Assembly (NCBI RefSeq): GCF_000485595.1
Contig: NW_014577081.1
Coordinates: 99,864 to 119,863, forward strand
DNA: 20,000 bases
DNA from: Priapulus caudatus
Lineage: Eukaryota
Reading direction: 5' to 3'
Position numbers and translations under genes: made by a program. Positions 10,231 through 20,000 of this stretch are shown here, piece after piece. Numbering within the stretch: the first letter of the stretch is position 1; the number at the start of each line of letters is the position of its first letter. The notes under the pieces were generated by a model. That model searched no databases and was not told the origin of the DNA. It saw only the letters and a list, made by a program, of their open reading frames with translations.

Positions 10231-13200
10231 GTAACTTGTATTAATTTTAGAGTCATGACGGTGAGTGTCTAGCTGTAAACTAATTGGTACCGAGCTACTT
10301 GCCTGTCACTGGCCCTGCCACTGCCAGTGCCAGTGCCACTGCCAGCCCCAGTGGCAGTGTTACTGTTACAGCCAGTGCCAGTGGCGCACGAAGGGTCGTT
10401 GTCGTATAGGGTAGTACAAATATGTACCCGAGGTAACTATCTGATATGGTTATGGTTAGGGAGTAGGCGTAGGCGACATACTCGCTGACATCTCGGGTAC
10501 TACATATATATATATAATATATAATATACGACAACGACCCCTTCAGCGCCAGTGGCAGTGTTACAGCCAGTGTGGTGTTCGGCTTGGATCACATTCAATG
10601 ACAATGTATGGCCGTTTTGACTCTAGTGACTGTGGTAGAGACTGACTCGTGTTGTGCTAAACTAGGATTGGGCCGTTGATTATCGGGCGAATAGGTACAA
10701 ATGGGCAGTTTGGGACCCCGCAAATGTGTTTTTGCATATCCATGACCATATCATAATCCGGGGTACTAAACTAGACTTTGGCCATAAAACATTTATCAGG
10801 AACATGCATAGAATAACTGTAGTGTCATGTTATGTTCCATTGCAACAATCAATAGTACAGCTAGCTCCAAGAAACGGTATCGCTAGGGTTAGGATACCGT
10901 TTCAAACCGTGGCTGCAGCTAAACACGTAGTTGCCTTATATTCCAAGTATCGCCAAAGAACACCACACATGTGATATACCAAATGAATCAGTAAACGTCC
11001 ACCTTCTTGTAACCATCAGTGCGCTACGATGCGCTGGGTACTTACGGGGTTACAGCAACTTTTTGAGACGAATGCAACCAAATTTATGAATTTGCCACCA
11101 TGTTTGCTATCATTCCGACTGTGACTAAAATCCGCAATGGATCGAACAAAGGAAATTAAACGATCTGCGGTCGTCATGTAAACCACCCCTACATCCGAGA
11201 ACATGTCATCTAAGGTTTTTTACAAATGGCCCACACATTTCTGAACATCGTTTCACTTGCTTTGGTGTGTAATTGCCTTGAGAGCCATCGTACTATTTCT
11301 GTAGTATTTTCTAGCGAGTCTATTCCGTTTCGGGTTTTCCGTGCCTTGCTAAACATGGCGGTTAAAGCTGATTTGAAAGTTGATATGCTGTGAGAATTAG
11401 CAGATTATACCGTGAATTAAGAGATACATTCTAGTTTAGAAGCAGGACAACTGTGAGTTAATGTTCATATTTTAAACAAGGCAAGTCAAAGGTGGTAATG
11501 GAATAGTTTTATTTGAGATATACAGAGTTATTCATCTCGATCTGCAGAGGTGATAGGTTTTTTGTATGGAAGGGTGTCAGGCTGTATAGACAATCCGTCG
11601 CACAGCCTGGTCGGGCTATAGTACAGCCTGTACTTTACCATGGCCTACTAACTATGTACTACAGCCATGGCCCATGTACAGTGTACTGACTGAGTGACTC
11701 AGATTAGGGCCTGGGTGGAAGTGAATCGGACTGCATGAATCAGTGTAACATTTTTGATATAATTATTAGTAAATTACGCCCTGACATTGTTGCATATCTA
11801 TTTTTTTTAAATTGGTGACAACTACAGGTAGGTGTAGTATCAAATGTCTGTGGTGTAATTTTTTGCATCGCTGCAATAATTATTGTGCGTAATCACAAGC
11901 CTCCATGGTCCAAATACGAAGTTTTCCGAAAGATGCACGAAATTGGTGCTGATTTATTTCTTAATTTTGTGCTCAATAGGAAACACAAAGATTGCTTGCA
12001 GAACCAGTACCTGGAATCAGTGCAACACCAGATGAATCAAATGCCAGATATTTCCATGTAGTCGTGGCAGGACCAGCGGAAGTATGTCACAAAGGAATAT
12101 TAGTAACTTCTATAAGGTTAAATTACAGGTTTTTTTAATGCAAATATGGATGTTGAATCTATCAAATCGTTCACTTTCATTAACTGTTTTAAAGTTATTA
12201 TTTCTCTTATTTAACTGACCGTTCCGATACTTACTGTTATTGCTTATATAGAGTGAGGATAGCATGTTTTAGGACACTTACACGTTATTATATCTACCAA
12301 TATAGTCAATAATTGCAATTTCAAGTAAACTTTGTATTTATTGTTGTCTGTTTTTGTGTGTATTTGAATGTCACATGATTCTCGCATGTTGGGAGATTGT
12401 AATGAAGAACACCTTGTAGGCTTGTACCCTATTTGCATACTTTGTTTTACACCTGTTGGTCCCCGATTTATTGGATCAGGTCGGGTACCATGAAAATGTT
12501 CCAATTAAGCGGTGAACACATTTCCTCATGCATGCTTACTTGTACTGTATGTAATTATCTGTGCACAAAATGTTTTGTGAGCTGCAAAAACATCCTATGT
12601 CCTGATGAGAATATTATGCATAAGAATTGTCTTTCAAACACACATAATTTTAGCAATGCACTTGTTTTCCGATACCTGATAAATCAGGGACGACTAGCAT
12701 CTTTGTTACTCTCGTATATGTGTTATACAACGTACCGCTCTTTAAAAGTTTTCATTGTAAAATCCGATGCAGTTTTGTCAAAATTAAAGTGAGCTTGTGC
12801 CTGTGTCAGTGTTTACAAGTGAATTGTCTGTACAAACAAAAACGTGGGTGCATTGTTATCTTTAAATTCAATTTTACGTACTATTAACGTACTATATTAA
12901 GTTATTAACTTACAATTATTAACGTACTATATTAAGTTATTAACGTATTAACGTTAATAATTAATTATTATTTTTACTATATTAACGTACAATTATTACG
13001 TAATAACAGCATACATTTTTAGTAATCTCCAAGTTGGTGTAACTAATCATCTACTGATATTTTTAGATGTGTTTGAGAAATAATAGGTCATGAATCAAAC
13101 TCTATACTGACTATATTCGGTTTTCCCTACAGTATTATTCTTAATCTCACTGTTACTAATATCGCCTTTCTATTTAAGTCCCCATTCGAAGGAGGTGTCT

Positions 13201-14419
13201 TCAAACTGGAGCTCTTCTTACCTGAAGAATATCCGATGTCTGCTCCTAAAGTTAGATTCATGACAAAAATTTACCATCCAAATATTGACAAACTTGGCAG
13301 AATTTGTCTAGATATATTAAAAGGTTGGTTCTTAATTTGGAAATTTTTGCATGTATACAATGCGATAGTAGTTCCAACGTGCATCTTACTAGATCATTGT
13401 GAAGTACCTGTAATTGATTCTTCTCATTCATTTATTTACTCATTTATTCATTCTCTCATCCATTCATTCATCCAAGTATTATTTCTAATTTATTGTAAAA
13501 TTTATCATAATTCAAAGTTTATTAAGACAAAGCAACATTATGGATCCATGCGAGTCTAAAAAATTATATGATATGCCACGCTGCGGAATTAAGAATAAAC
13601 AACATAATTCGAACAATTCCAACGAAAATTTTGTGCAATTGTGGATTTGTGTACACTTTTATCATGTTTTGTCTCTGTTTAAGATAAGTGGTCGCCTGCA
13701 CTACAAATTCGAACAGTTCTGCTGTCCATCCAGGCACTGCTGAGTGCACCTAACCCCGACGATCCTCTAGCTAATGATGTTGCGGAACAGTGGAAGATAG
13801 ATGAGGCCCAAGCCATCAGAACAGGTCAGAACATCGTTTTAGCGAATGTGTAATTCTTATTCCTGTAGGAATGATTTTTTCTCTTTTAGTAGCCACTGCT
13901 GAATGCTGTAATACCCAGAATTATTGTGACGTTAAACTGAGACCCTAAAATACTACTCCATGCAGCTCTGTGAAAGTAGGCCTCTCGTATTTCGTATTGG
14001 ATATAGTGTTTCCCCTGGCCAAAAAGATCTGTGAGGTGGTAATTTTGTTTTTGGTGTGTTTGCACGTTTTGAGGTCCTAGCAAAGCAAGCACCATGGGTG
14101 CTCGCCCAGCTAGGGGGGGTCTGAAGGCGGAAGAACAGTTATTTTCGTCAGTTAGGCGGTGTTTTGGAGAAATTTCTGTGTGGCGGCTGAGAATTTGAGC
14201 AAGGCGGCCCACCTCGCTTGTGTCAATGCAGGGGAAACACTGGATATATATTTAGTAAACATGCTCTTCTCTTCTCTAAAACGAACAGTTAATCCACGGC
14301 ACAGCATTCTGCTCATTTTTGTTCTATATATAAATTCGACCTTGGGTTACCTACAATTGTTTTCTTTACTTCTTTCAGCGAGAGAATGGACGAGAATTTA
14401 TGCGATGGGGGGAAACTGA
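10198..14419 (+). CDS. UBE2N: Ubiquitin-conjugating enzyme E2 N (Ubc13), complete spliced CDS join(10198..10230,11980..12081,13179..13323,13684..13824,14379..14419), 153 aa
   Basis: [153 protein letters not shown]; all introns GT-AG, phases consistent, 462 nt; HPN motif and catalytic Cys codon at 13305-13307. Confidence 0.98.
10303..10385. repeat. Degenerate (GCCAGT/GCCACT)n hexamer repeat
   Basis: ctgccactgccagtgccagtgccactgccagccccagtggcagtg; continues beyond the MITE to ~10572. Confidence 0.7.
10386..10547. mobile_element. 162-bp MULE-like MITE with internal telomere-like motif, in UBE2N intron 1
   Basis: TIRs GAAGGGTCGTTGTCGTATA / TATACGACAACGACCCCTTC; inner inverted GTACCCGAG/CTCGGGTAC; 9-bp direct flanks GCCAGTGGC at 10377-10385 and 10548-10556 (inside a microsatellite, so less certain). 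Confidence 0.75.
11980..12081 (+). CDS. UBE2N: UBE2N coding exon 2
   Basis: Acceptor caatag, [12 protein letters not shown]...GPAE, donor gtatgt. Confidence 0.97.
12875..13003. repeat. AT-rich degenerate tandem repeat (TATTAACGTAC-type)
   Basis: Repeated tattaacgtacta / tattaagttattaac motifs. Confidence 0.75.
13179..13323 (+). CDS. UBE2N: UBE2N coding exon 3 (contains catalytic Cys)
   Basis: Branch-like TACTAAT, acceptor tttaag, SPFEGG...RICLDILK, donor G|gttggt. Confidence 0.97.
13418..13472. repeat. (TTCA)n-like microsatellite
   Basis: cattcatttatttactcatttattcattctctcatccattcattcatcc. Confidence 0.7.
13684..13824 (+). CDS. UBE2N: UBE2N coding exon 4
   Basis: Acceptor tttaag, [11 protein letters not shown]...AQAIRT, donor G|gtcaga; 141 bp. 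Confidence 0.97.
14005..14242. mobile_element. ~238-bp MITE with (C)AGTGTTTCCCCTG TIRs in UBE2N intron 4
   Basis: AGTGTTTCCCCTG at 14005 and CAGGGGAAACACTG ending 14242; direct repeat around GATAT on both sides (TSD length ambiguous, 4-8 bp). Confidence 0.85.
14379..14419 (+). CDS. UBE2N: UBE2N coding exon 5 (to stop)
   Basis: Polypyrimidine tract plus ttcag acceptor, [16 protein letters not shown]. Confidence 0.96.
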
Positions 14420-14730
14420 TACAACGTCAGCCATCATTACGCACAATCGTTCCCAATTTGTCACCGTGAATGAGAGGTTTTAAATGTCCTTCAAACTGCA
14501 AGCGCTTGCCTCTGAAGGACGTTGGTGATCCATTTAGACGGGCCCGATTTGACAGACTCAACCGATAAACTGTAACTGTGGTCAACGTTGATGGTTATTG
14601 TATTAATTTTCACTCTGTCAGCGCTGTTCAACAGGGTTTGTTTCTGGCATACATGGATGCTCTGTGGCTGACGTGTGTTGAAAGGAGTTTATACTACTGG
14701 CGTGGATGAAAATCTCGCAACACTATAAAT

Positions 14731-15031
14731 AATAAACTCACGCTATTGGATTGTTGAGGTGCACAAATGCCAAAAACCTCCTTGGCTATAGGCCTATGTA
14801 TTTAGGGGAGGCCATACAGTTCAGGTTTTATCACCGGCTGTGTGGAACTACAAAATTGCTGTTGTTTGCAGAGAAGCTCAATTTGAAATGTGCAGAAAAT
14901 TTTTCTTTCGGCATAACAACTGGTACCATAACATGTGTTTCCGTCATTGATATGCGTATTGAATGTTGTTATAGCCAGCACGTTTGTTAGAGGCTTAGCC
15001 TGATTATGAATATCATAATAACTTAAATAAA
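14731..15031 (+). promoter_or_regulatory. Candidate UBE2N polyadenylation signals
   Basis: AATAAA at 14731-14736 and 15026-15031, each followed by GT/T-rich sequence. Confidence 0.5.
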
Positions 15032-15733
15032 CATGTTCGTGGTTAGTTCATCCAGATTCTGAATTTCTTTTAATTTGAGGAAAATCTGCAGTACTCTGTT
15101 GCATTGACGTCTAAGTGTCATGGCAGCAGTACTTTCCTATTTCCTTATACTTTTCTACAAGTTTGTCTTCTAACATATACTTTATACTGCAAATGAGTAG
15201 TGCAGTAGTCTTGCCACCCCAACTAGTTCTATAGGAAGCCTTTATGTGCAAGTACTGTCTCTCATGATTTCTGTAGAATGTATGTCATTACATTATTAGT
15301 GCGTTTCCTGCGTTGCCTGTTAAGCAAGTTTCCTCTAATATTACATTTGTATTCTTTTGATTGGTACCAACAGGCAGTGGGAAGGATGTGGTAGTTGATG
15401 CCAATGCTATGCCAAGATGCATTTTTATTGACAGTGACGTTTTGAGTTGGTCAGTGCATTCTAATTGTGTCTATCTGCTGATTTTAGCATCTAAGGTGAA
15501 CTTTTGATATCCGTTACATCACGATCACTCTGCGTGGCTAACCAAGATATGTACTGCAAGTAGTACTTAAAATTGATCATGGGCAGGCTCTGTATTTGCT
15601 CGGTAATTGTAAGAAAAATCACATCAGTATGTTTATGGAATTTGGTTATTTTCTGACCACCTAGCTCCACCGCACGGCTTATATGTTGTTTGCCTAGAGA
15701 TTGCCATACGTCTGACATCTGACCTAAAGCCTA

Positions 15734-16153
15734 AAGCCTGGCGCACATTGCCGAACATTTTCCCGAACAAATGTTCGTCCGAACAAATGTTTTTGTCTGG
15801 CAATGTGCGCGTGAACAATTGCTGAGCGCACATTGCCGAACATTTTGCAGCAAACAACCTCGTGGCGCCGTCTAGTAGCTGTGTTGTAAAGAGTCACGTG
15901 ATCGGCGTGTGGCCAATCGACGTGATAGGCATTTACAAATGTTCCTAGAATTGTTCGACATTCAGCGCACATTGACGAACATTCGACGAACTATGTTCGA
16001 GATATCAAACATTTCCGATCTTCCGAGAATATCGGAAACATTGTTCGGAACAAATGTTCGGCGACTTTTTTCACCGCACATTGCCGAACATTTTATGGAA
16101 CATTGCTACGATAATGTTTTTGAGCAAAATGTTTGGCAATGTGCGCCGGGCTT
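15734..16153. mobile_element. 420-bp MITE, PIF/Harbinger-like (TA/TWA target), with internally reiterated TIR motifs
   Basis: TA|AAGCCTGGCGCACATTGCCGAACATTTT ... AAAATGTTTGGCAATGTGCGCCGGGCTT|TA; GCACATTGCCGAACATTTT recurs inside in both orientations. Confidence 0.85.
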
Positions 16154-17209
16154 TAGATTCTCTGCAGACTTTATTGCAATAAAGAGAAATTTGTGTCTAT
16201 CGATCTGATTAGCCATGTCGTGAATCTGATATGGCTGATGAAATCTAATTTTCAAATTCTTGCATGGTCAATATTCTCGGAAGATGCTTGTATCTATACT
16301 GTCTTAACAGGGATCAGTGCGTTGACATCTTGAGTGTATAATTACCTTACTGTACTTAAGGTTAATTCTACCCGTATATTTCTTGAGAATGATGTATATA
16401 TATATATTATATGGCCAATTGTATGTGCACTAATGTGTGGTAGAGAGGGCACATCTTAATGGTTATTCGAAATGTGAATAAAGAGTATGAAAAGCGAACT
16501 TATATGGATATTATATCTAATTTTGAAAGAAAATCGGGGACATTGTAGTTATTGAAGAATGTGTAAGTTTACAGGTGCAAATTTACTGTTTCGTGTAGAA
16601 GTACAGTACAACGCCAGGCAGCTCAACTTGTTCTACTCTTACCAACAACCAGCATGTATGAATAAAGTTCCTATCTATGCTATAATATCTATTTTGGTAT
16701 TAATCGGTGTTCTTCATCATGAGTGTGTCACAGAACATTAGTCCTGTATATTTGTACAGTTTCCTCTATTAGCGTACGTGCGTAAATATCTTAGAATATT
16801 TTCATGTACCCATGAACATCGGCACTTGCAATGGAAGCATAATGCGCGAGGAAGGTATAGAGTAGGCCAGCAAAATTACCTTGGCCATGGTTGCATCATG
16901 TCAGACCTTCGTGCCATTGAAGAATCTCGGAGAGCTTTCATCTACTAAGAGGCAATAGGCCCAAGGATCACTCTATTCCATCTTCAGAACTAACACCAAA
17001 ATGATACCGTTAAACATAATACAGTGTAATATATGTTGCAACAAATAACGAGGGTAAAGAAACAAAAGACGTCTTCTACTACAGAAAGCAAAACGTACTA
17101 GACGAGCAAAAATAGAAATAAACAACTATACTGATGAACAAAACGAACTCATGTCTACACGGCCGTTGAAACAGTACCAGCGAATGGAAGATCGAGTTAC
17201 AGAGCATCC

Positions 17210-17379
17210 CAGTGGCGGATCCACAAGTGAATTTTAGGTGCGGGTGGGGGGCGAATCATGCGAGCTCAATGGCACGAAGCGCCCGAGGGGGGAGGGTGTT
17301 AGGCTAAAATACCCTTGCCCTGAAAATTTCAGCGGGTACGACCGCCCCCTGTGCCCCCCCCCCCCTGGATCCGCCACTG
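17210..17379. mobile_element. 170-bp MITE with perfect 14-bp TIRs and 5-bp TSD CATCC
   Basis: CAGTGGCGGATCCA / TGGATCCGCCACTG; CATCC at 17205-17209 and 17380-17384. Confidence 0.92.
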
Positions 17380-17399
17380 CATCCTAAAACAACAACCGA

Positions 17400-17685
17400 A
17401 CCTAGGCGGAGATAGCAACGGCAGAGAACCCCCCCACCCCCACTCAATAACAGTAGCGATGCTTGCATGCTATAGGATTCTTGCTAAATCCTGCGAATCC
17501 TGCTAAGGAAGGTGATCTCTGGCCTGGCCATGCCTTACGTATGTATACTTTAGGGGAAGAGGGCGTCCGCTCCGTGATCCTACTCTTTCCCAATCAGGTT
17601 GGGGCATATGCAGCTCCGTGTAGCTGGGCTGAAGTGGACGGATAGGGTGCCCGCCGCACACAAACACTCAGTCGGTAGTGGGATT
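17400..17685 (-). mobile_element. Possible 5'-truncated tRNA-derived SINE remnant
   Basis: Minus strand begins AATCCCACT (tail of a B-box/T-arm) and contains GAAAGAGTAGG, reminiscent of conserved invertebrate SINE cores; no A box seen. Confidence 0.3.
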
Positions 17686-17740
17686 ATACATTGTATCTAT
17701 TTACATGTAAATGAATGTGCTCAAAATGGTGCTCAAAACC

Positions 17741-17829
17741 GTCTGTCTGTCTGTTTGTGTGTCTACCTATCTATCCATATCTATCCGTCCGTCCGTCCGT
17801 CCGTCCGTCCGTCCGTCCGTCCATCTATT
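17741..17829. repeat. (GTCT)n/(TCCG)n compound microsatellite
   Basis: gtctgtctgtctg...tccgtccgtccgtccg; source of the PSVR-repeat ORFs. Confidence 0.95.
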
Positions 17830-17929
17830 CAGGGGCGCAAATTCAGTTTAAAAAGTGGGGGGACACGTGGTTCAATAGTGTGCGAGGGAGCGAAGCGACC
17901 GAAGTGGGAGGGCGTCTCCCCCTCCCACG
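17830..17929. mobile_element. One-ended CAGGGGCG-type MITE fragment
   Basis: CAGGGGCGCAAATTCAG...GGGGGGAC and GAGCGAAGCGACCG, similar to the GCACGAAGCGCCCGAGGG motif in the 17210 MITE; no right TIR. Confidence 0.5.
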
Positions 17930-18167
17930 AACAACGTCAACAATCGACGTTGAAACGACGTTGAAAAATGTCTGGATTTGCAATTTTATTCAACGATACT
18001 ATCTAAATATTATATTTTATCGACGGGTTACTAAGGGGAAGTGACGTCACTCCGCCCCACCTATACGGTCGCGGTTCCTATATTCAGTTTAGGCTATTAT
18101 ATATATATATATCTTGATATATATCAATCAGGAGACTTTTTTTATACTTCCTATTAGTTTTCACTTA

Positions 18168-20000
18168 GGTATAAAAGAACGAGGCTGAGCGAGGGACAGA
18201 GGGGGAGGCAAGGGAAGGACAGGATCGAGGGGATGAATTAGTAGTTTTGCTGTCCACAGGCTAGGGCGCTCTCCCACTCATAAACACAGACCTACTGATA
18301 ACAACTTATTTCATAAATACATGCTGAGATATCCCCTAACTATTTTAAATGCATATCCATGACAAAATATAACTCCTCTGGTGAGATATTGCGCATACGC
18401 TAACACACTAACGTAACCAAATTGTGTACTAACTGGTATATGCAGCGGGCAACTTACATGCGAGTTCTTCTTCTTATTTCTCAAGAGAGGTATACTGATG
18501 AAATATTATCATATACATCTATGCTAGAATACCTCTTCCCTATTCTAAATGCATAATTTTTCAAAAATATTATTTTTCTTGGGATATATTGCGCATGCGC
18601 GAGCACCGTTTCAGGCGTGCAGTATTGACTGAAGAACACTGCATAATATAGCTTGCTATGAGAGAAAGAGGGTTGGGAGACGGAGGAAAGGCGGCAGGGA
18701 AGAAAGCTGAGGGCGGTAAAACAGAATGAGGCTGAGCGAGGGACAGAGGGGGAGGCAAGGGAAGGACAGAAGGGGATCAATTAGTCGTTTTGCTGCCCAC
18801 AGGCTAGGGCGCTCTCCCAATCATAAACACAGGTCTACTGATAACAATTTAATTCTTGAAATCCATGCTGAGATATATCCCCTAACCATTTTAAATGCAT
18901 ATCCATTACAAAATATAACTCCTCTGGTGAGATATTGCACATGCGCTAACACACTAACGTAGCCAAATTGTGTACTGACTGGTATATGCAGCGGGCACAT
19001 TGCATGCGAGGTCTTCTTCTTATTTCTAAAGAGAGGTATACTGATGAAATATTATCATATACATCTATGCTAGAATACCTCCTTCCTATTCTAAATGCAT
19101 AATTTTAGAAAAATATTATTCTTCTTGGGATATATTGCGCATGCGCGAGCACCGTTTTAGGCGTGCAGTATTGACTGAAGAACACTGCATAATATAGCTT
19201 GCTATGAGAGAAAGAGGGGTGGGAGACTGAGGGAAGGCAGCAGGGAAGAAAGCTGAGGGCGGTAAAAAAAGAATGAGGCTGAGCGAGGGACAGAGGGGGG
19301 CCAAAGGAAAGACAGGAGGGGATGAATCAGTGGTTTTGCTTCCCACAGGCTAGGGCACTCTCCCAATCATAAACACAGGTCTACTGATAACAATTTATTT
19401 CATAAATCTATGCTGAGATATCCCCTAACCATTTTAAATGCATATCCATCACAAAATATAACTCCTCTGGTGAGATATTGCGCATGCGCTAACACACTAA
19501 CGTAGCCAAATTGTGTACTGACTGGTATATGCAGCGGGCACCTTACATGCGAAGTCTTCTTCCTATTTCTCAAGAGAGGTATACTTGTGAAATATTATTA
19601 TATACATCTATGCTAGAATACCTTCTCCCTATTCTAAATGCATAATTTTTGCAAAATATTCTTCTTCTCTGGAGATATTACGCATGCGCGAGAACCGTTT
19701 CAGACATGCAGTATGGACTGAAGAACACTACATAATATAGCTTGCTACGAGAGAAAGAGGGGTGGGAGACTGAGGAAAGGCGGCAGGAAAGAAAGCTGAG
19801 GGCGGTATAAAAGAATGAGGCTGAGCGAGAGATAGAGGGGGAGGCAAGGAAAGGACAGGAGTGGATGAATTAGTAGTTTTGCTGCCCACAGGCTAGAGCG
19901 CTCTCCAAATCATAAACACAGGTCTACTGATAACAATTTATTTCATAAATCTATGCTGAGATATCCCCTAACCATTTTAAATGCATATCCATCACAAAAT
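18168..20000. repeat. Satellite array, ~547-bp unit, at least 3.3 copies, runs off the right edge
   Basis: GAGGCTGAGCGAG at 18181, 18728, 19275 and 19817 (periods 547, 547, 542); copies highly similar throughout. Confidence 0.97.

Noticed and set aside
10690..10740. GGGCAGTTTGGGAC as a DNA transposon TIR
   Set aside because: No inverted partner found in the window.
12598..12692. Intronic C/D-box snoRNA candidate (TGATGA ... CTGA, ~77 nt)
   Set aside because: C box lacks the leading purine, terminal stem is poor, and I recognise no rRNA/snRNA complement; snoscan or Infernal would be needed.
16760..16950. Open frame after a tttgtacag acceptor (FPLLAYVRKYLRIFSCTHEHR...AFIY*)
   Set aside because: No recognisable homology and no upstream partner exon; could be chance or a decayed LINE 3' end.
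18490..18670. Hammerhead ribozyme or SL-RNA gene in the 547-bp repeat (CTGATGA/CTGAAGA, T-run)
   Set aside because: No stem II closed by GAAA, CTGATGA is mutated in the third copy, and there is no consistent donor plus Sm-site arrangement.
17599..19346. ORFs of 60-121 aa at the right end
   Set aside because: They derive from microsatellite, MITE and satellite sequence; frames are not preserved between repeat copies.

Overview
Animal (probably invertebrate) genomic DNA with spliced genes and dense repeats; most ORFs in the six-frame track are spurious. Two genes lie head-to-head. One is a complete five-coding-exon UBE2N/Ubc13 gene on + (CDS 10198-14419, 153 aa, catalytic Cys88). The other is the 5' end of a MAGI-family PDZ scaffold gene on - (coding exons 7149-7035 and 6743-6534, encoding PDZ0), whose remaining exons lie beyond the left edge. 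The rest is repeats: a 3,325-bp tandem duplication spanning a 445-N gap (with a Helentron-type non-autonomous element and a 54-bp minisatellite built from one arm of a foldback element), a decayed LINE RT fragment, several MITE families and a 547-bp satellite array at the right edge. I found no convincing new protein-coding system. The most interesting signals are repeat architecture and a cluster of upstream AUGs at the MAGI start.
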